A stretch of DNA of 32,636 bases from positions 1 through 32,636 of the IMG/VR virus record IMGVR_UViG_3300020044_000781. One strand, 5' to 3'. Below the pieces are notes generated by a model. That model saw only the letters and a program-made list of their open reading frames with translations. It had not been told where the DNA came from and made no database searches. Below are positions 7,213-15,530 of this stretch, piece after piece. Position 1 is the first letter of the stretch. Each line of letters begins with the position of its first letter. The stretch comes from a virus (lineage: Duplodnaviria; Caudoviricetes). The translations under genes and the position numbers were made by a program.

Positions 7213-9288
7213 ATGAACGCTCAACAAATAGCGGAACAACTAGGGAACGCCAAGAAGGAGCCAAAGGGCTTTTTGTGCAGTTGCCCAGTTCCGAGCCATG
7301 GACGAGGCAATGGAGACAAGAATCCATCTCTGTCTGTGTGCGATACAGATTCAGACGCTAAGGTGCTATTCAAATGCTTTGGCGGGTGCAGTCAAGACAG
7401 TGTGTTTAATGCGATCAAGGATATGGGTTTGCTCCCAGAGTTACCGAAGATCGAGGATATATTCAAAGACGTGAAACCATTAGCATTGGTGAGGAATGAC
7501 GCTCCCACTACACCAACGGCGCCAGTTGTGGAGGCTGAGTGGTATTACGTGGATGAGATGGGCGAGAACTTGTTCGTTAAGCGTCGTTTGCGCGTCAACA
7601 CACCAAAGGGAAAAGATTACAGACTCTACAAGATAGAGAACGGCGCAGTGCAGCATACATTGGGGAACGCGCGGATAGTCCCGTACAACTTACCCGCGGT
7701 TCAGGACGCGATAGAGCGTGGACGCGCAATCTACATTGTCGAGGGTGAGAAGTGCGCAGAGAGTGTCCGCGGTCTGGGTTTGGTGAGTACGACGAGTCAT
7801 CGAGGCGCCTCAGGATGGCCGAAGGAGATCAACCAGTTCTTTGTGGGCGCCAATGTGATTGTGTTACCAGACAACGACAAGGCTGGGCAAGGTTACGCGA
7901 AGTGCGTTGTCGATGAATTGTTTGGCGTTGTGAAGTCGATCAGAGTTGTTCAGCTGCCTGGCCTTGAGGAACGCGAAGATGTATATGACTGGATTCTCAA
8001 GTATGGCCACTCAAAGGAGGAGTTGATCGAGTTGGCCAAGGACGCCAAGAAGATCACCGATCTAGGGGAATATTTGGGGAGTTCTGCGGAAAATTCGTTA
8101 AATGTTGATGATCTTGGACTTGATTCGTCGGTTAAGACAGATGAATCTAATTCAACACTTGCGCCAAAGAGATACAAACTCGAATCATGGGACGAGATCA
8201 AGGACGAGCCAGTTGAGTGGTTGATCGATGGCGTTTTACCGCGTCGGAGTTTTGCTGCACTCTTTGGTGCGCCAGGTTCGTACAAGAGTTTTGTCGCTCT
8301 GGACATTGCGGAGGCAGTGGCGACGGGTCGAGACTGGATGGGTAGACAAGTCCATCAGGACAGTGCTTTGGCGCCATCAGTTCTCTACATTGCCGGTGAG
8401 GGTCACGGAGGAATAGGAGCCAGGATCAAGGCGTGTAAAAAGCACAACAACACCAGAGATGGTGCGCAAATCTATGTGATCAGGTCGCAGATCAACATGA
8501 GGTCAAGTGTGGCCGATCTGGAGGCTTTGATTGGTAGTGTTGATGAGCTGGTCGCTGAACATAGAATTAAGCTCGAATTGATCATTGTGGATACGTTGGC
8601 GCGTTCAATGGGCGGTAACGCCAACGAGAACAGTTCTGAAGATATGGGCGCCATCATTAACAATCTAGGCGCAGTACAGGCACGATATGACAGCAGTTTG
8701 CTGGTTGTTCACCACTCTGGGAAGGACGCTGCAAAGGGTATGCGTGGCCATAGTTCGCTATTAGGTGCAGTGGATACAGAGCTTGAAATTACCAAAATAC
8801 TGGGTAAAGATCAGCGCCAAGGCACAATATTGATCAGGAAACAGAAAGATGGTGAGGACGGTTTGACGCTAGGATTTAAGTGTGTCGAGGTCAATTTAGG
8901 CGACAATTTAGACCTTTTAGAGACTTCGAGTCTGGCCATCCAGATGGACGATTCAGTGAATTCGATGACCGAGGAGAGCGCCAAGGGAAGAAAAAAGCCC
9001 AACAGATTGGGCAAAGGGCCGAACAATGAGCTGGGTTTTGAGGTGCTTTGTGTACTACTAAAGAACCACAAAAGTCGTGAAACAATTAACGGAAAAACTG
9101 TATATTGTGTCGATTTGAGCGCTTGGAAAAGGGATTTTGAGAAGCGCAAAGGCGGTTTTAGTGCGCCAAAATTACTCGATCAGGCGTTTGATAGGATATG
9201 TACGGCGCTACAAAATGCGCAAATGATTGAGATTTGGGGTGATAAAGTGTGGTCAAAATTGGTGGATTTAGACTCCAATGAGTTCTGA
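7213..9288 (+). CDS. Primase-helicase (Zn finger + TOPRIM + RepA/AAA_25-type helicase)
   Basis: CPVPSH...CFGGC; VEGEK and PDND; Walker A GAPGSYKS; Walker B IIVDT; HHSGK..RGHSSL. ATG 7213 (SD AGGA) is preferred because 7174 lies inside the terminator. Confidence 0.92.
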   Translation: MNAQQIAEQLGNAKKEPKGFLCSCPVPSHGRGNGDKNPSLSVCDTDSDAKVLFKCFGGCSQDSVFNAIKDMGLLPELPKIEDIFKDVKPLALVRNDAPTTPTAPVVEAEWYYVDEMGENLFVKRRLRVNTPKGKDYRLYKIENGAVQHTLGNARIVPYNLPAVQDAIERGRAIYIVEGEKCAESVRGLGLVSTTSHRGASGWPKEINQFFVGANVIVLPDNDKAGQGYAKCVVDELFGVVKSIRVVQLPGLEEREDVYDWILKYGHSKEELIELAKDAKKITDLGEYLGSSAENSLNVDDLGLDSSVKTDESNSTLAPKRYKLESWDEIKDEPVEWLIDGVLPRRSFAALFGAPGSYKSFVALDIAEAVATGRDWMGRQVHQDSALAPSVLYIAGEGHGGIGARIKACKKHNNTRDGAQIYVIRSQINMRSSVADLEALIGSVDELVAEHRIKLELIIVDTLARSMGGNANENSSEDMGAIINNLGAVQARYDSSLLVVHHSGKDAAKGMRGHSSLLGAVDTELEITKILGKDQRQGTILIRKQKDGEDGLTLGFKCVEVNLGDNLDLLETSSLAIQMDDSVNSMTEESAKGRKKPNRLGKGPNNELGFEVLCVLLKNHKSRETINGKTVYCVDLSAWKRDFEKRKGGFSAPKLLDQAFDRICTALQNAQMIEIWGDKVWSKLVDLDSNEF

Positions 9289-9307
9289 GTTTTTTGTGTT
9301 TAAGATG

Positions 9308-9457
9308 TCTTCGTATGGAAATTGTCTTCAAATGAAATCTTCAAATGAAATATCAAAAAAGGACAAAAACTTGTCTTCAGATGGAATCGTATATATATAT
9401 ACGATCCATGTGAAGATGAATGTTGAGGATTTTGAGGACGATTTGTCTTCACATGAC
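9308..9457. repeat. Iteron-like array (six TCTTCANATGRA-like units) around an AT palindrome; putative phage replication origin
   Basis: Units at 9308, 9325, 9338, 9374, 9446 (+) and 9404-9416 (-); perfect 20-bp palindrome ATCGTATATATATATACGAT at 9386-9405. Confidence 0.75.
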
Positions 9458-9517
9458 TTTTTTTAGTGTTAGGTGGTTGGTGCTTTTTTGTACCGCTTTT
9501 TTTAAAGGTTTTACGTT

Positions 9518-10165
9518 ATGACGATTTCAGTTAAAGGTTTGAGGAAATCTAAGTTCGAGGTTGAGCGTCCGAATTTTCCGATGACCGAGTTTGAGAGGTT
9601 TTGTAGTTCGATCTTGGTGGAGCTGACCAGTCGGATTTATGAGCATGAAAATCGTTGGGGTGTTTCACGACTTATAACCATGGTGGATGTAGGGTTTCGG
9701 GAGAAGTTCTGGATGCAGCAAGAACGGGTTTGGATTGCGCAGAATTCTGGAGATCAGGAGAAGTTGGAGAAATCGGTCAAGGGCATGATCAAGGCTTATG
9801 AGCTGATGGAGCAATGGGCGATTGATAATCAGATTGAACCTATGCCAAGTTTTAAGGTTTTGGAGCACGTCAAAGACAATGGGTTTCTCATGGCGGTTTG
9901 TGAGACTGAGAACGTTAAGGTGGATTATTTGCGGTTTAAGGGTTCCAAGCCTGGTCTAACGGTTTACACATTGCAAGAGATCGAGGCCATGATCGAGGGT
10001 TATCTGATCTTGAAAGAGCTTGAGTCTTATAAGGCCGAGTATCCAGATGCGACGGTGAAGGTCGTTGAACGTGCGCCCAGTATTTTTGATGACATGGAGG
10101 ACGATCTGGAGCCACTGAGTTCGGCAGCTGTTATGCCAAAGTTCAAGATTCCAAGGGGTAAGTGA
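9518..10165 (+). CDS. Hypothetical protein (215 aa)
   Basis: Long ORF with SD AAGG; segment ENRWGVSRL; no recognised family. Confidence 0.8.
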   Translation: MTISVKGLRKSKFEVERPNFPMTEFERFCSSILVELTSRIYEHENRWGVSRLITMVDVGFREKFWMQQERVWIAQNSGDQEKLEKSVKGMIKAYELMEQWAIDNQIEPMPSFKVLEHVKDNGFLMAVCETENVKVDYLRFKGSKPGLTVYTLQEIEAMIEGYLILKELESYKAEYPDATVKVVERAPSIFDDMEDDLEPLSSAAVMPKFKIPRGK

Positions 10166-10407
10166 TGCCAGGCAAGCCAATGATGAACACCAAGAACTTC
10201 TATCGAATTCTTAGCGATGCTGATCGAGCAGTGTTATTGGCAGCTGGAGGAGGAAACATTACCACTGGATTCCACGAAGTTCTGAGGGTTTATGCGGAAA
10301 TGCACAACTTGGGGTTTAAACGCGATACAAGCGTTTATGACTTTGTCTATGGTGAAGATATGACCGATGACTTAGAAACGATCCTAGACCGATCTGGTGA
10401 ACCCTAG
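10162..10407 (+). CDS. Hypothetical protein (possibly small DNA-binding)
   Basis: GTGA coupling with the upstream gene; LLAAGGGNITTG segment. Confidence 0.65.
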   Translation: MMPGKPMMNTKNFYRILSDADRAVLLAAGGGNITTGFHEVLRVYAEMHNLGFKRDTSVYDFVYGEDMTDDLETILDRSGEP

Positions 10408-10704
10408 AGGTATTTGCTTGGTGCAAATGGATCAATCCTTGAAACATCACAAAAACTAACATGGTTAATATTTGTTTTACAGATGAAACGATTGTTTCAA
10501 GGGTGAAACACGATAGTCAAGTCCTATCGAAAAGCACCATCCGATACATATATTCTATCGGATTTAGATTTGCTCTTGGTCGCGCCCACTTCCCCAGCTC
10601 CCAAAAGTTATCCACAGATTTCCTGAGAATCCGTCCACAATTTCTGTGTATAAGTCCAAAATGTACGATTCGCCTGTGAATATCTTGTTGATAAACACAA
10701 ATTA

Positions 10705-10732
10705 ACTTAACATAATGGACATTGTATCAAAT
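10705..10732 (-). other. dif-like XerC/XerD recombination site
   Basis: Minus strand ATTTGATACAA-TGTCCA-TTATGTTAAGT; the XerD arm is 10/11 identical to E. coli TTATGTTAAAT; 11-6-11 layout; the XerC arm is divergent. Confidence 0.75.
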
Positions 10733-10753
10733 GTAAATAAACAACACATTCGC

Positions 10754-10766
10754 TAAGTCGTTGATT
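10754..10766 (-). promoter_or_regulatory. IHF binding site
   Basis: Plus strand TAAGTCGTTGATT, reverse complement AATCAACGACTTA, is an exact match to WATCAANNNNTTR. Confidence 0.7.
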
Positions 10767-10949
10767 TATAAGGATATTTCTGTGAGCGTTTACTAACATG
10801 GCTGGAATGTGGAAAACCTGTGGATAACTTCGCATAGGGGGGAGGGGGTCGGCTTGGCTTGAGGTTATTTCAGGTACATCCTCCGCACATAAAAAGCAAA
10901 ATCGGCGATAATCCCCCAACACTTCCACTTTTTAGAAAGAAAAAAGGCA

Positions 10950-11399
10950 ATGGAAAACGAAAAAGAAGAACTGTTCACAGCACGACGCGCACGCGGTCGA
11001 CCAAAAGGCGCCGTGAAGATGACCATGGAGCGCTATGCTGCGAACCCTCCAACGCTCCTCCCCAAAACCGACCACGCGCGCCTCAAAGAGCTGAAGGACA
11101 TACTCATCAAGTCTGGCGGTAAACACGTCGTGGAGAAGGTGATCCAAATCGCCTTGAACGATAATCACCCAGGCCAAATGGCTGCACTCAAAATGTGTAT
11201 AGATAGAACGCTCCCCACATCGATGTTTGAAAAAGACAAGAATCAGCGCAGTGCCGTGACCATCAACATCACTGGCATTGGAGACAACAGTGCGACCCAA
11301 ATCATCGAGAACGAGCTGACCGTCAGCACCAAAACCTTGGCGTCACCAAAAGACAGCAAAGACGACGACATCGAGGACATAGACTTAAATAATGGCTGA
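10950..11399 (+). CDS. terS: Terminase small subunit (putative)
   Basis: N-terminal RGRPKG, helical core, directly upstream of and overlapping terL. Confidence 0.7.
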   Translation: MENEKEELFTARRARGRPKGAVKMTMERYAANPPTLLPKTDHARLKELKDILIKSGGKHVVEKVIQIALNDNHPGQMAALKMCIDRTLPTSMFEKDKNQRSAVTINITGIGDNSATQIIENELTVSTKTLASPKDSKDDDIEDIDLNNG

Positions 11400-12651
11400 T
11401 CTGAACTTTTCCCTCCTCCCGTGGCAACAAACCGTCTTCACGGACAAGACCAGATTCAAAGTTGTCGCAGCTGGTCGCCGTTGCGGTAAGAGTAGACTGG
11501 CAGCCACAACTCTCATCATCGAGGCGCTGAAATGCCCAGCTGGTTCAGCCGTCATGTATGTCGCGCCTACCAATGGACAGGCTCGGCAGATCATTTGGGA
11601 CGTCTTGATGGACATCGGCCGAGAGGTCATTGCGTCGTCTCACGTCAACCAGATGGACATCACCATGATCAATGGCGCAAAGATATATGTGCGTGGCGCC
11701 GACCGTCCTGACACTTTGCGCGGAGTCTCTTTGACTTACGCTGTTTTGGACGAGGTCGCCGACATCAAGCCCGAAGCCTGGGAGCAAGTCATTCGCGCCT
11801 CTCTGTCAGACAAAAAGGGTCGCGCCATCTTTATTGGCACTCCCAAAGGTCGCAATTGGTTCTATGATTTGTACAACTTGGGGCAGAATGAGACGGACGA
11901 CGACTGGAAGTCGTGGCACTTCACGACGAAAGACAACCCCATGATCGACGAGAAAGAGATTGAGTCGGCCAAGAAAACCTTGTCGAGCTTTGCGTTCAAG
12001 CAAGAATACTTGGCGTCGTTTGATAACGCGGGGAGCAATCTGTTCAAAGAAGAATGGATCAAGTACGGCGAAGAACCCGAACACGGGTCTTATTTCATCG
12101 CCGTTGACTTGGCGGGTTTCGAGGAAGTGGCTAAACAAGCAGCCAACGCGAAAAAGAGGTTAGACGAGTCGGCCATCACGATTGCCAAAGTCACCGACGA
12201 CGGTAAATGGTTCATCACTGAGATCGAGCATGGAAGATGGGATATTAGAGAGACGGCGTCGAAGATACTCACGAAGATCAGAAAGTACCGTCCTATTTCA
12301 GTCGGCATTGAGCGTGGCGCCTTAAAGAACGCTGTTTTACCGTATTTATCGGATTTGATGCGCAAGTCGAGCATCTATTGCCACATTGAGGATTTGACCC
12401 ACGGGAACCGCAAAAAGGCTGATCGAATCATCTGGGCATTGCAAGGACGCTTTGAACATGGGAGAATCATCCTTAATTCAAAGCACGACTGGACAGAGTT
12501 CATTGATCAGTTGTTGATGTTTCCAGCCAATGGCGTCCACGATGACTTGATCGACAGCGCGTCCTATATTGACCAGTTGGCCGTCACCTCTTACTTTATG
12601 GAAGGAGAGGACGAAGACTGGGAACCCGTAGATATTATTAGTGGAGTTTAG
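11392..12651 (+). CDS. terL: Terminase large subunit
   Basis: PWQ, Walker A AGRRCGKS, LRG, Walker B VLDEVA, coupling motif GTP, nuclease AVDLA and HDDLID. Confidence 0.96.
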   Translation: MADLNFSLLPWQQTVFTDKTRFKVVAAGRRCGKSRLAATTLIIEALKCPAGSAVMYVAPTNGQARQIIWDVLMDIGREVIASSHVNQMDITMINGAKIYVRGADRPDTLRGVSLTYAVLDEVADIKPEAWEQVIRASLSDKKGRAIFIGTPKGRNWFYDLYNLGQNETDDDWKSWHFTTKDNPMIDEKEIESAKKTLSSFAFKQEYLASFDNAGSNLFKEEWIKYGEEPEHGSYFIAVDLAGFEEVAKQAANAKKRLDESAITIAKVTDDGKWFITEIEHGRWDIRETASKILTKIRKYRPISVGIERGALKNAVLPYLSDLMRKSSIYCHIEDLTHGNRKKADRIIWALQGRFEHGRIILNSKHDWTEFIDQLLMFPANGVHDDLIDSASYIDQLAVTSYFMEGEDEDWEPVDIISGV

Positions 12652-12656
12652 GTACT

Positions 12657-13463
12657 ATGGCGGATAACTTACTGCAAAGCGGACTGGCCTGGCTCCAAGA
12701 CCCACGCCGTACTCAACAACTCCAACAAGTTGGAGGTTTGTTCTCTAGCGGTATCTCGAATTTGCAGAAATCCAAGGCTGAGTATGACGCCTTGCAAGCC
12801 ATGGCGTTTGCTGACCCAAGAAATCCGCTGAAGATCACGGATCAGAACGCATTCAATCGACTCGCAGAAATGGCTCAAGCTGGGCCTTTGAGCTTTGCGC
12901 CATTGGGTATGACTAAAAATTTTACAGAATTACCAAGCGAAATACCAGGTGTATTTGGGCAGAGAAACTCAACAACAAAAGATGAGCTTAGAAATTTAGC
13001 AGATTTATTTGCTGAAGAAATTAGAAAATTGGGTTTTAATGCAAAAGTTGAGCATTCTGGTAGCAAAGTTGGCGCATCAAGTTATATAAATGTTGCTGAT
13101 CCTGAAACTGGTAGATTTTTAGATAAACCATTAAGAATATCGGATCATTCAAAAGGGCCAAAAGAATCACAAGGCGTCATAAATATATCAGACCCGCAAT
13201 CTGATTTTGAAAAAATTAAATCAATTTTAGAAAATATGAGGATGCAAGGCCCATCATTGGTTATGAGGCAAGAAAAATACGCTCAAGAATTGATATCAAA
13301 TGGGGTAAAGCCATCAACCGCATATCAAAAAGCAAGAAATGAGGTAATAGACGTCCAAAAATCAAATTTTAGTCCTTTGCTACAAGATAAGGTAAACTCT
13401 ACGCCAACGAATCCATTTTACCAAGACCCCTTTGGCAATCCATTTGCTGAAACAATAAGGTAA
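12657..13463 (+). CDS. Hypothetical mosaic protein between terL and portal
   Basis: 268-aa ORF with SD GGAG; GC-rich 5' third, AT-rich central domain containing SSY...LRISDH. Confidence 0.8.
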   Translation: MADNLLQSGLAWLQDPRRTQQLQQVGGLFSSGISNLQKSKAEYDALQAMAFADPRNPLKITDQNAFNRLAEMAQAGPLSFAPLGMTKNFTELPSEIPGVFGQRNSTTKDELRNLADLFAEEIRKLGFNAKVEHSGSKVGASSYINVADPETGRFLDKPLRISDHSKGPKESQGVINISDPQSDFEKIKSILENMRMQGPSLVMRQEKYAQELISNGVKPSTAYQKARNEVIDVQKSNFSPLLQDKVNSTPTNPFYQDPFGNPFAETIR

Positions 13464-13469
13464 CCATTT

Positions 13470-15530
13470 ATGGCAACAGAACAAAGCAAACTCGAACCCG
13501 ATCAGTTCCAAGAAGAAACCGACTCCGACAAAGACTTGGTTAACTTTGTTGTAGATCATTGTGACCGTTGGAAAGAATACAGGGACGCCAATTATCTACC
13601 TGATTGGCTTGAATATGAGCGTATCTTTCGCGGTCAATGGGCTGAAGAAGACAAGACGCGCGACTCTGAGCGCTCAAGAATCATCACTCCAGCCACTCAG
13701 CAAGCAGTAGAAACCCGTCACGCCGAGATCATGGAGGCGGTATTTGGTCAGGGCGAGTTCTTTGACATTGAAGACAATATTCAAGACGTCGATGGCAATC
13801 CTTTTGATGTCTTGGCGCTAAAAGCTCAATTGATGGAGGATTTCAAGAAAGACAAGATCAGAAAGTCGATTGACGCCATCGGTCTGATGTCTGAAATCTA
13901 AGGCACTGGCATTGGCGAGATCATTGTCAAGTCTGAAAAAGAGTACACGCCAACGACAAAGCCGATCCCGAACCAGATGGGACAAGCAGCCATTGGCGTG
14001 ACCGAGACAGATCGCATTGCGGTCAAGATCAATCCCGTCAATCCTAAGAATTTTATCTTTGACCCCAATGGGACGTCGGTTGATGACTGCATGGGCGTGG
14101 CCATCGAGAAGTTCGTGTCGATTCACAAAGTTGTCGAGGGGATCGAAAAGGGTATCTATCGCAAGGTTGACGTCGGCACTGATCCAGATGACGAGTCTTT
14201 GGACGCAACGCAAGAAGTCACCCAGTTTTCAGACAATAAAGTCTTGGTGCTAACTTACTATGGTCTGGTTCCACGCGAGTATTTGGACAATCTGGAAGAA
14301 AACAAAGATGTTGTGAAGTTGTTCCCAGACTCGTCTTTGGCTGAAGATTACTCCGATATGGTCGAGGCCGTGATTGTCATTGCGAATGGTTCTAAGCTCT
14401 TAAAGGCCGAAGAAAACCCCTACATGATGAAGGATCGTCCAATTTTGAGCTATCAAAACGACACGGTTCCCAATCGTTTACTGGGTCGCGGTACAGTGGA
14501 GAAAGCCTACAATATGCAAAAGTCGATGGACGCGCAAGTGCGCAGCCATCTAGACTCTTTGGCGCTGACGACAAGTCCCATGATCGCCATGGATGCGACC
14601 CGCCTACCTCGTGGCGCCAAGTTCGAGGTCAAGCCTGGCAAAGCAATTCTGACCAATGGCGCACCGGCAGATATATTGTTCCCATTCAAGTTCGGTAATA
14701 CAGATGGATCAAATCTCCAGACATCAAAAGAGTTTGAGCGTATGCTCTTACAGGCAACGGGTACTCTGGACTCGAATGGTATGGTGTCTCAAGTCGCTAG
14801 AGACGGTGGCGCTGGTGGTATTTCAATGGCTGTCGCGTCAATCATCAAGAAATACAAGAGAACACTGATCAACTTTCAAGAAGATTTCTTGGTTCCGTTC
14901 ATCAAAAAGGCTGCGTTTAGGTATATGCAGTTTGACCCGAACAGATACCCAGCAGTTGATATGAACTTTATCCCGACTGCGACTTTGGGCATCATTGCGC
15001 GTGAATATGAACAGCAACAATTTATTGCTTTGCTGCAAACCTTGGGGCCAAATACGCCAGTCATGCCACTGATCTTGAAGGGCATTGTCAACAATTCATC
15101 TTTGAGCAACAAGGCTGAATTGATGCAATCCTTAACCCAAATGGCGCAACCCGATCCACAGCAAGCTCAATTGCAACAAGTTCAACAACAATTGGCCTTG
15201 CAAGCAACTCAGGCTCAGATTGCGGTTAACACCACTCTGGCTGAGAAGAATCGCGCTGATGCGACATTGACGGCGGTTGAGGCTCAAATGAAACCTCAAG
15301 AAGTCCAAGCCAAAGTCCAGTCAGCATTGACCAATAACTTACCCAACCAGGCTGATCAGGCGAGTGCAGAGTTCGATAAACGGGTCAAGATTGCTGAGTT
15401 GATGCTCAAAGAGGCTGACATCAAGAACAAATCAAAGATTGTTGAGTTGCAAATGTCCAATCAAAAAGAGAATCTATCTAAAGTAGAATCTGATTTCTTG
15501 GATCAATTGGCGGGGAGTCTTAAACAATGA
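13470..15530 (+). CDS. Portal protein, interrupted by one in-frame TAA at 13899-13901
   Basis: Track ORFs 13470..13901 and 13977..15530 share a frame and join as ...GLMSEI*GTGIGEIIVK...; position after terL; GRG motif; Gln-rich C-terminal helical barrel. Confidence 0.88.

Larger units (their letters stand above)
10608..10827. promoter_or_regulatory. DnaA-box cluster
   Basis: TTWTNCACA matches at 10608-10616 (+, TTATCCACA), 10645-10653 (-, TTATACACA), 10808-10816 (-, TTTTCCACA) and 10819-10827 (-, TTATCCACA); one-mismatch boxes at 10675, 10686 and 10732 (-). Confidence 0.85.

Noticed and set aside
9278-9466. 62-aa ORF after the primase-helicase
   Set aside because: It is a translation of the iteron/palindrome array; I cannot fully exclude it but have no support for it.
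10461-10928. Track ORFs 10461..10679 (+) and 10707..10928 (-) as genes
   Set aside because: No convincing SD or protein-like features; they overlap the DnaA/dif/IHF motifs, which explain the region better.
13470-15530. Alternative genetic code with TAA reassigned
   Set aside because: TAA ends many clearly delimited genes (capsid, scaffold, tail fibre) and only one gene is interrupted.
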